A stretch of 36,068 nucleotides of DNA. It comes from Patescibacteria group bacterium. Lineage in GTDB: Bacteria; Patescibacteriota; Minisyncoccia; Phycocordibacterales; UBA9973. The translations under genes and the position numbers were made by a program. A model generated the notes under the pieces. The model searched no databases, was not told the DNA's origin, and was given only the letters and a program-made list of their open reading frames with translations. The stretch is from positions 1 through 36,068 of the forward strand of contig JBDRFV010000004.1 in assembly GCA_043818335.1 (NCBI GenBank), given 5' to 3'. Below, piece by piece: positions 17,957-24,890 of the stretch (positions are counted from its first letter, which is position 1; every line of letters starts with the position of its first letter).

Positions 17957-19104
17957 AAACTAAATGGCAGACAAAAAAATTTGGAGAAGTTTGTGATTTT
18001 TATAATGGAAAAGCACATGAGAAAGTTATTGATGCAAACGGCAATTATATCGTAGTAAATTCAAAGTTTATATCTTCTGATGGTGAAAAATATAAAAAAA
18101 CAAAAAAAGCACTTTTCCCGTTAATTAAAGGTGATATTGTAATGGTAATGAGTGATGTTCCAAGTGGAAAAACCTTAGCTAAGTGTTTTATTATAGATAA
18201 AGAGAATACATACACCTTAAATCAGCGAATTTGTGCCATTCGTTCTAAAGTATTTGAGACAAGATTTCTATATCTTCAACTCAACAGACATAAATATTTA
18301 TTGAGTTTTGATAATGGAGAGAATCAAACAAATCTTAGAAAAGATGATATTTTAAATTGTCCATTACTTGTTCCACCTATTTTAGAGCAAAAACATATAA
18401 TAAAAACTCTAGATGAAATGTTTGAAAAAATTAAAAAAGCCAAAGAAAATACTGAAAAGAATCTACAAAATTCTAAGGCACTTTTTGAATCGTATTTACA
18501 GGATATTTTTACGAACCCAGGAAAAGATTTAGAAGAAAAGAAATTAGGAGATGTTTGTGATTTTGTACAGGGTATTCAGGTTGACGCAAAACTTCAAAGT
18601 GAAATAAAAAAAGAAAACCAAATAAGATTTTTAAGAATAATAGATTTTACGCAAGGTGATGAATTACCTCGTTATATAGATAACCCAGGTGAAAAATATA
18701 TAATTAACTCAAATGATATTTCATTAGTTAGATACGGGGCATCAACTGGTTTTGTATGTAAGGGATTGAACGGAGTATTGGCTAATAATCTATTTAGGGT
18801 GATACCAAAAAATAACAAAGAAATATCTAATGAATATTTATATATTTTTTTAATGTCTCCTGTTTTTCAAAATTCAATTAAAGCAAGTATGGGTGGAACA
18901 GCAATGCCAGCGATAAGTTTTGGTTTAATAAAAGATATAATAATTCCATTAATGTCATTTTCTGAACAAAAAGCTATTGTCAAAAAACTTGATGAGCTTT
19001 CAAATCAAACTAAAAAACTAGAAGTTATTTACAAACAAAAGCTAGCAGATTTAGAAGACTTAAAGAAGTCGGTTTTAAAAAAGGCTTTTGTAGGGGAGTT
19101 ATAG
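17953..19104 (+). CDS. hsdS: Type I restriction-modification system, specificity subunit S
   Basis: Two target-recognition halves each open with KKFGEVCDF / KKLGDVCDF. Each is followed by a conserved helical spacer (EQKHIIKTLDE..., EQKAIVKKLDE...). Confidence 0.9.
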   Translation: MKTKWQTKKFGEVCDFYNGKAHEKVIDANGNYIVVNSKFISSDGEKYKKTKKALFPLIKGDIVMVMSDVPSGKTLAKCFIIDKENTYTLNQRICAIRSKVFETRFLYLQLNRHKYLLSFDNGENQTNLRKDDILNCPLLVPPILEQKHIIKTLDEMFEKIKKAKENTEKNLQNSKALFESYLQDIFTNPGKDLEEKKLGDVCDFVQGIQVDAKLQSEIKKENQIRFLRIIDFTQGDELPRYIDNPGEKYIINSNDISLVRYGASTGFVCKGLNGVLANNLFRVIPKNNKEISNEYLYIFLMSPVFQNSIKASMGGTAMPAISFGLIKDIIIPLMSFSEQKAIVKKLDELSNQTKKLEVIYKQKLADLEDLKKSVLKKAFVGEL

Positions 19105-19153
19105 GAATAGAGACTCCACACTAAGGCATATATAGGTAATACAAAAGTAAAAC

Positions 19154-19200
19154 AGTTTGTATACAAGTGTTGACCTAATATATACAAACTAGGGTATTTT
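19154..19200 (+). promoter_or_regulatory. Perfect 10-bp inverted repeat AGTTTGTATA-N17-TATACAAACT enclosing TTGACC
   Basis: Arms at 19154-19163 and 19181-19190. TTGACC at 19170-19175 is followed 19 nt later by TATTTT (19195-19200). Candidate operator/promoter. Confidence 0.4.
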
Positions 19201-19213
19201 GTATCTATGTAGA

Positions 19214-19282
19214 GTAGTTATGAACAGTGAATGAGTAGATTGATGTATTTTTGGGTAGATTTAGTGGCTAGTTGTGTAGATT
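19214..19282 (+). repeat. Four phased direct repeats GTAG(A)TT at 19214, 19235, 19255 and 19276
   Basis: Spacing is 21, 20 and 21 bp, about two helical turns. A tandem GATAGTAT GATAGTAT follows at 19285-19300. Confidence 0.6.
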
Positions 19283-19291
19283 TAGATAGTA

Positions 19292-19300
19292 TGATAGTAT
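19292..19300 (+). promoter_or_regulatory. Extended -10 box TGATAGTAT, 6 nt before the ATG at 19307
   Basis: Hexamer TAGTAT at 19295-19300, spacer taaaat, then ATG. Confidence 0.4.
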
Positions 19301-19306
19301 TAAAAT

Positions 19307-20026
19307 ATGGAAGAAAAATTATTAACAATTGGTCAAGCCGCTGAATATCTTGGGGTTTCTTTGAATACTCTTCGTCGTTGGGACGAAAATGGTAAATTGG
19401 TTGCTATTAAAAAAGATGGTGGAACTCATCGATATTATCGTGAAAAAGATTTAGAAATATTTACCAGTGATTTAATGAGTTTTGCTTCTGAGTGGATTAA
19501 AACAGGAGTCGAATTTCCAGGAACATTTTTTTGTCCTACAAGTTCAATTTTTAATGCTAGACTAACAAAAATGGAATATGCATTAATGCAGAAACCAGGG
19601 TTTGAAAAGTTATATTCTTTGATTGTTCTTCTTGCTGGAGAAATCGGTGATAATTCATTTGCTCATAATATAGGAAAATGGCCAGATACAGTGGGAATTT
19701 TTTTTGGTTATGATTTAGAAAAAAGAATTATCGTACTAGCTGATCGAGGATTAGGTATTTTAGAAACATTACGGAAAGTCAGACCAGGACTTTCTAGTCA
19801 TGTAGAAGCAGTCAGAGTGGCATTTACTGAATTTATTTCTGGCAGGGCTCCAGAGAAACGCGGAAATGGTCTAAAGCTTGTTCGTGAAGTAATTACAGAA
19901 AATCCAATTGATTTATTTTACACAACTGGTGATGCTGAAGTAAGAATGAAAGGTTCGGACAAAGCATTTCATGTTATGCGTGGTCAGCATATAGTGAGAG
20001 GTTGTTTAGCAAAAATAGAATTTTAA
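19307..20026 (+). CDS. MerR/excisionase-type HTH fused to an anti-sigma-kinase-like GHKL ATPase domain
   Basis: N-terminus LTIGQAAEYLGVSLNTLRRWDENGKL. The C-terminal half has GEIGDNSFAHN (N-box-like), ADRGLGI (G1-like) and RGNGLKLV (G2-like). Confidence 0.6.
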   Translation: MEEKLLTIGQAAEYLGVSLNTLRRWDENGKLVAIKKDGGTHRYYREKDLEIFTSDLMSFASEWIKTGVEFPGTFFCPTSSIFNARLTKMEYALMQKPGFEKLYSLIVLLAGEIGDNSFAHNIGKWPDTVGIFFGYDLEKRIIVLADRGLGILETLRKVRPGLSSHVEAVRVAFTEFISGRAPEKRGNGLKLVREVITENPIDLFYTTGDAEVRMKGSDKAFHVMRGQHIVRGCLAKIEF

Positions 20027-20046
20027 AATTTTAATAAATAAAAAAT

Positions 20047-20337
20047 ATGAAATTACAACTAGGAAAATTTGGCAAAACATTAATATCACGGGAATTAGGG
20101 AGTGAGGCTCTTAAGGCATTTCAGTCAACACTGCGTGAGCTTTCTAAAGATGAAGAACTTGAAATAGATTTTTCTGAGGTATTAACGTTGTCACCTTCAT
20201 GGGCTGATGAATTTTTAAGTCCACTGCTTGATATTCTTAATGATCGCTTGATTTTATTATCTAGTGATAATCTTTCAGTACAAGCAACACTTAAAATTCT
20301 TAAAGAGGTTAATAAGCGACCATTTAAAATAAGATAA
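20047..20337 (+). CDS. STAS-like (DUF4325-like) small protein
   Basis: 96 aa. The core EIDFSEVLTLSPSWADEFLSPLL resembles the DF-x-V-x3-S-x-S-F-x-DE pattern of STAS-like/anti-sigma-antagonist folds. Confidence 0.55.
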   Translation: MKLQLGKFGKTLISRELGSEALKAFQSTLRELSKDEELEIDFSEVLTLSPSWADEFLSPLLDILNDRLILLSSDNLSVQATLKILKEVNKRPFKIR

Positions 20338-20342
20338 ACTTT

Positions 20343-22700
20343 ATGAACGAATCAGAAACACGAGCAGAATACATTGACCCAAAACTTAAAGCGAGTGGCT
20401 GGGGTGAAGTGGAAGGCTCAAAAATTCTTCGAGAATTTCGTATTACAGATGGAAAAATTTTAACTGGTGGAACGAGAAGTAAACCTGAAATTGCTGATTA
20501 TGTTTTAATATATAAAAATAGAAAGATTGGAGTTGTAGAAGCTAAAGCAGAAAATTTACCAATGACTGAAGGAGTAGCTCAAGCTAAAACTTATGCAGAA
20601 AAGTTGCATATTGATTACACATATTCAACAAACGGAAAAGGAATTTATGAGATTTCAATGAAAACAGGAGAAGAGAAAGAAATTGAAAAATTTCCAACAC
20701 CTGAAGAACTTTGGAATAAAACTTTTTCTGATCAAAATGAATGGAAAGAAAAATTTGATAATATTGCCAACGAAGGCGAATATGGCAAGCGTTATTATCA
20801 ACAAATAGCTATTAGTAATGTTTTAAATGCTATTGCAGAAGATAAAAAGAAAATACTTTTAACAATGGCTACTGGAACTGGAAAAACCGCTGTCGCTTTT
20901 CAAATTGCTTGGAAACTTTTTCAAACTAGATGGACTTTAAAAGGTGATGGTGAACGACGTCCAAGAATATTATTTTTAGCTGATAGAAATATTTTAGCTG
21001 ATCAAGCATATAATGCTTTTTCTGCTTTTGATAAAGATGCATTAGTTCGTATCAATCCTTTAGATATTCGCAAGAAAGGTGGAGTGCCGATGAGTAATAG
21101 TATTTATTTTACAATTTTTCAAACTTTCATGAGTGGGGCGAATGATACACCATATTTTGGAGATTACCCAAAAGATTTTTTTGATTTTATCATTATTGAT
21201 GAATGTCATCGTGGTGGTGCAAATGATGAAAGTAATTGGCGGGGAATTTTAGAATATTTTTCTCCCGCAGTTCAATTAGGATTAACCGCTACTCCAAAAA
21301 GACAAGACAACACTGATACTTATAAATATTTTGGTGAGCCAGTTTATATTTATTCTCTTAAAGAAGGAGTGAATGATGGATTTTTGACACCATTTAAAGT
21401 TAAGCGAATAAAAACTACTTTAGATGATTATGTTTATACTTCTGATGATCAGATTATTGAAGGAGAAGTAGAAGAAGGAAAAATTTACGAAGAGTCTGAT
21501 TTTAATCGAGTTATAGAAATAAAAGAACGTGAATCTAAAAGAGTTCGTATAGTTTTAAATGAAATTAATCAAAATGAAAAGACAATTATATTTTGCGCTA
21601 CTCAAGATCATGCTTTAGCTGTCCGTGATTTAATAAATCAAATGAAAGACAGTAAGGATCCAAATTATTGTGTTCGTGTAACTGCGAATGATGGATTTCG
21701 TGGTGAACAATATTTGAGAGAGTTTCAAGACAATGAAAAAACAATTCCAACGATTTTAACTACTTCTCAAAAACTTTCTACTGGAGTAGATGCTCGTAAT
21801 ATACGAAATATTGTTTTGATGAGACCTGTAAATTCAATGATTGAATTTAAACAGATTATTGGGAGAGGAACTAGACTTTTTGATGGTAAAGAATATTTTA
21901 CTGTTTATGATTTTGTTGACGCTTATCACCATTTTGCTGATCCAGAATGGGATGGTGATCCAGTAGTAGAGATTTGTTCAAATTGTGGAAAAGATCCCTG
22001 TGAGTGTGAAAAACAGCCTCCAAAAGTATGTTCTGTATGCAATAAAAGACCTTGCGAGTGTGAAAAACCACCTAGAATTTGTCCTGTATGCAAGAAAGAC
22101 CCATGTGAATGTGATGCAAAGAAAAAAATAAAAATAAAATTAAGAGATGGAAAAGAAAGAGAAATTCAACACATGATTTCTACTTCATTTTGGGGAGCAG
22201 ATGGAAAACCTATTTCTTCTGAAGAATTTATTACTAAAATATATGGCGTATTACCAGACTTCTTCAAGAATGAAGATGAATTAAGAATAATTTGGTCTAA
22301 TCCAATAACAAGAAAAGAATTTTTACAAAGACTTTTTGATTTAGGAATTGATTTAGAACAATTAGATAATATTCGAAAAGTAGTTAATGGAGAAGATTGT
22401 GATTTATTTGATGTTCTTTCATATTTGTCATACCACACACCATTAATTACTAGACAGCAAAGAATAAATAATACAAAAGAAAATATTTTTGCTGGAGTTG
22501 ATGAAAAGAATAAAGAATTTTTAGATTTTGTTTTATCTAAGTATGAAGAAAAAGGAGTAGAAGAATTGGATGAAGAAAAATTACCACAATTACTAAATCT
22601 TAAATATCATGCAATTTCTGATGCAATAAATATTCTTGGTGATGTTGATTTAATCCGTTCAACCTTTTTTGATTTTCAAGAACATTTGTATAGTAAATAA
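20343..22700 (+). CDS. hsdR: Type I restriction-modification system, restriction/helicase subunit R
   Basis: N-terminus ESETRAEYIDPKLKASGW with the nuclease core ADYVL...GVVEAKA. Helicase motifs TGTGKT and DECHRG plus later motifs. Cys-rich insert at residues ~545-591. Confidence 0.93.
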   Translation: MNESETRAEYIDPKLKASGWGEVEGSKILREFRITDGKILTGGTRSKPEIADYVLIYKNRKIGVVEAKAENLPMTEGVAQAKTYAEKLHIDYTYSTNGKGIYEISMKTGEEKEIEKFPTPEELWNKTFSDQNEWKEKFDNIANEGEYGKRYYQQIAISNVLNAIAEDKKKILLTMATGTGKTAVAFQIAWKLFQTRWTLKGDGERRPRILFLADRNILADQAYNAFSAFDKDALVRINPLDIRKKGGVPMSNSIYFTIFQTFMSGANDTPYFGDYPKDFFDFIIIDECHRGGANDESNWRGILEYFSPAVQLGLTATPKRQDNTDTYKYFGEPVYIYSLKEGVNDGFLTPFKVKRIKTTLDDYVYTSDDQIIEGEVEEGKIYEESDFNRVIEIKERESKRVRIVLNEINQNEKTIIFCATQDHALAVRDLINQMKDSKDPNYCVRVTANDGFRGEQYLREFQDNEKTIPTILTTSQKLSTGVDARNIRNIVLMRPVNSMIEFKQIIGRGTRLFDGKEYFTVYDFVDAYHHFADPEWDGDPVVEICSNCGKDPCECEKQPPKVCSVCNKRPCECEKPPRICPVCKKDPCECDAKKKIKIKLRDGKEREIQHMISTSFWGADGKPISSEEFITKIYGVLPDFFKNEDELRIIWSNPITRKEFLQRLFDLGIDLEQLDNIRKVVNGEDCDLFDVLSYLSYHTPLITRQQRINNTKENIFAGVDEKNKEFLDFVLSKYEEKGVEELDEEKLPQLLNLKYHAISDAINILGDVDLIRSTFFDFQEHLYSK

Positions 22701-22715
22701 GAAATTAATTTAAAA

Positions 22716-22724
22716 TGCTATAAT
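22716..22724 (+). promoter_or_regulatory. Extended -10 box TGCTATAAT, 6 nt before the ATG at 22731
   Basis: Hexamer at 22719-22724, spacer taaccc, then ATG. Confidence 0.5.
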
Positions 22725-22730
22725 TAACCC

Positions 22731-23144
22731 ATGATCTTAAATTTAATTTGTTTAGCCTTATCAGTAGGTGGGTTATATATCTCATATAGAATCTATAAGG
22801 AAAAGCATTCTGGCAAGCCGATGATTTGTCCCTTGAATGGCAAATGTGAAATTGTTCTAACTAGCAAATATGGAAAAATCGCTGGCATTGGGCTGGAATA
22901 TTTTGGAATGCTTTTCTATGGAATTATTTTAATTGGAAGCAATATATTGTTGGCTGAAGTTTGGTATTCAGGGCAGGTTAGTCTTATTTTATTTATAGTT
23001 GCCTGTGGCGGAATGTTGTTTACTGTTTACTTAACAATTATTCAGAAATTTGTATTGAAAAGCTGGTGCACTTGGTGTCTGTCTTCTGCTTTCACCACTA
23101 GTTCTGTTTTTGTTGTTTTAATAATTAAAATGTTATTAAAATAA
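22731..23144 (+). CDS. Vitamin K epoxide reductase (VKOR) family membrane protein
   Basis: Four hydrophobic helices, loop cysteines CPLNGKC and the active-site-like CTWC in the last helix. Confidence 0.7.
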   Translation: MILNLICLALSVGGLYISYRIYKEKHSGKPMICPLNGKCEIVLTSKYGKIAGIGLEYFGMLFYGIILIGSNILLAEVWYSGQVSLILFIVACGGMLFTVYLTIIQKFVLKSWCTWCLSSAFTTSSVFVVLIIKMLLK

Positions 23145-23153
23145 AATCAAATT

Positions 23154-23181
23154 TTGACATAATGCTTTTTTGTGGTAAGAT
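23154..23181 (+). promoter_or_regulatory. Promoter TTGACA-N16-TGgTAAGAT of small-protein cassette A
   Basis: Exact -35 hexamer and an extended -10-like box. Copy B has a parallel element. Confidence 0.55.
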
Positions 23182-23228
23182 TTAAGTAGAAATTATTTGT
23201 TTTTATTAATTAAAAAATAGGAGGTAAA

Positions 23229-23426
23229 ATGGCAACTCAAAAAGCCAAGAAATCAAAGAAATCTCCCCAGAGATTTTTTCTTTTTTTTAAACCGTTAAAA
23301 AAGCAACTTGGGAAACAGCTCCCAATCTTTGCCGGCACAAAAAATGAAGCCAACGGTTTTGCATTATCTAATTTTACAATAGATGATCTTGCGGAGATTG
23401 AGGAATCACAGCCTCTTCGTCCTTAA
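23229..23426 (+). CDS. Small basic/acidic bipartite protein, copy A (65 aa)
   Basis: Preceded by a perfect AGGAGG, which is rare in this window. Paralog of 26636..26830. Confidence 0.7.
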   Translation: MATQKAKKSKKSPQRFFLFFKPLKKQLGKQLPIFAGTKNEANGFALSNFTIDDLAEIEESQPLRP

Positions 23427-23444
23427 GTATCATAGACAAAATAC

Positions 23445-23478
23445 AGCCGTGTTGTTCATTCAGCATGGCTTTTCTTTT
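23445..23478 (+). terminator. Terminator of cassette A
   Basis: agccgtgttg-ttcatt-cagcatggct (10-bp stem with two G-U pairs) followed by TTTT. Confidence 0.65.
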
Positions 23479-23483
23479 GCCTG

Positions 23484-23492
23484 TGTTATAAT
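23484..23492 (+). promoter_or_regulatory. Extended -10 box TGTTATAAT, 6 nt before the GTG at 23499
   Basis: Hexamer at 23487-23492, spacer taatta, then GTG. Confidence 0.5.
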
Positions 23493-23498
23493 TAATTA

Positions 23499-24467
23499 GT
23501 GAAAAAGAAAAATATTAAAAATAAAAAGTTGATTATTTTTCAAGCAAAATCTGGAGCTATTGAACTTCGAGGTGACTTTAAACGTGAAACCGTATGGGCT
23601 ACACAGGCTCAAATAGTTGAACTTTTTAGGGTTGATCAATCAGTAGTTTCTCGCCATATTAAGAATCTTTTTAAAGATGGAGAAATAAAACAAAAAAGCA
23701 ATATGCAAAAAATGCATATTGCAAATTCAGATAAACCTATAACCCTTTATTCTCTTGATGTTATTTTAGGAGTAGGCTATAGAACAAATTCAAAAATAGC
23801 TATAGAATTTAGAAAATGGGCAACAAAAACTTTAAGTAATTATATAGTAGACGGTTATGCGATAAACAAAAATAGAATTGCAAAAAATTATGATGAATTT
23901 TTGAAAACAGTAGAAAATATTAAAAATATTTTGCCATCTGGAACGGCTATAGATAATAAAGATGTAGTCGATTTAATTTCTCTTTTTGCTGATACTTGGC
24001 TTTCTTTAGATGCTTATGATAAAGAAATTTTTCCTAAAGGAAAATTAACAAGAAAAAAGGTTACTTTTACTGCTCAAACAATTTCAAAAAATCTATCACA
24101 ATTTAAAATAAGTTTATTAGAAAAAGGTGAAGCCAGCGATATTTTTGGAATAGAAAGAGAAAAGGGAAATGTTTCTGGAATTATTGGAAATGTAATGCAA
24201 TCTTTTGGTGGAAAAGAATTATACTCAACTATTGAGGAAAAAGCTGCACACCTGCTTTATTTTATGGTTAAAAATCATCCTTTTATTGATGGCAATAAGC
24301 GTAGTGGCGCATTTGTTTTTGTGTTGTTTTTACAACAAGCAAAAGTTTTAAATATCAGAAAAATTACACCATCCGCTTTAACTGCGCTTACTATTATGGT
24401 TGCAGAGAGCAACCCTAGTCATAAAGAAAAAGTTGTTAAATTAATTTTGGACTTAATTTCTAGATAA
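23499..24467 (+). CDS. RhuM-like N-terminal domain fused to a Fic/DOC domain
   Basis: The N-terminal half has ETVWATQAQIVELFRVDQSVVSRHIKNLF...AIEFRKWATKTL (RhuM-type). The C-terminal half has the Doc-type motif HPFIDGNKRSG. Confidence 0.8.
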   Translation: MKKKNIKNKKLIIFQAKSGAIELRGDFKRETVWATQAQIVELFRVDQSVVSRHIKNLFKDGEIKQKSNMQKMHIANSDKPITLYSLDVILGVGYRTNSKIAIEFRKWATKTLSNYIVDGYAINKNRIAKNYDEFLKTVENIKNILPSGTAIDNKDVVDLISLFADTWLSLDAYDKEIFPKGKLTRKKVTFTAQTISKNLSQFKISLLEKGEASDIFGIEREKGNVSGIIGNVMQSFGGKELYSTIEEKAAHLLYFMVKNHPFIDGNKRSGAFVFVLFLQQAKVLNIRKITPSALTALTIMVAESNPSHKEKVVKLILDLISR

Positions 24468-24479
24468 TTAGTATAAAAA

Positions 24480-24488
24480 TGTTATAAT
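24480..24488 (+). promoter_or_regulatory. Extended -10 box TGTTATAAT
   Basis: 40 nt upstream of the ATG at 24529. The paralogous box lies at 27523-27531. Confidence 0.45.
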
Positions 24489-24528
24489 TAACATATTAGA
24501 AAAGGTGTATTAATTTACAATAATTATT

Positions 24529-24888
24529 ATGAAAACAAAAGTATTTTTTATTGTGGCGAAAGTTAGTGTAATTTTAATAGCGCTTTTTACTACTATTTTT
24601 AGAGTTACAGAAATTGTGCTTTTTAAAGGTACAGAGGGGTATTCATTGGCAACCAATGTTTCTGGAATGTTAGTTTTATTAGCTTTACTTATAGTTTTTT
24701 ATTTTGCTTTACAAATAAGAAGAAAGTGGGGTTTTTGGTATAGTATCTTTATGTCATTTTTCTTGCTTTTCGCTTATTTATTTAAAACTCCTTTTAATTG
24801 GTTCTACGCTGGAGTTGTGGTTCTTTCTGTAGTTTTGATTGTTTCTTTGTTTATTATTAAAAAAGATTTTAAGAAAATAGTAAAATAA
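24529..24888 (+). CDS. Hypothetical multi-pass membrane protein, copy A (119 aa)
   Basis: About 100 of 119 residues are identical by eye to 27574..27933. Confidence 0.7.
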   Translation: MKTKVFFIVAKVSVILIALFTTIFRVTEIVLFKGTEGYSLATNVSGMLVLLALLIVFYFALQIRRKWGFWYSIFMSFFLLFAYLFKTPFNWFYAGVVVLSVVLIVSLFIIKKDFKKIVK

Positions 24889-24890
24889 TT

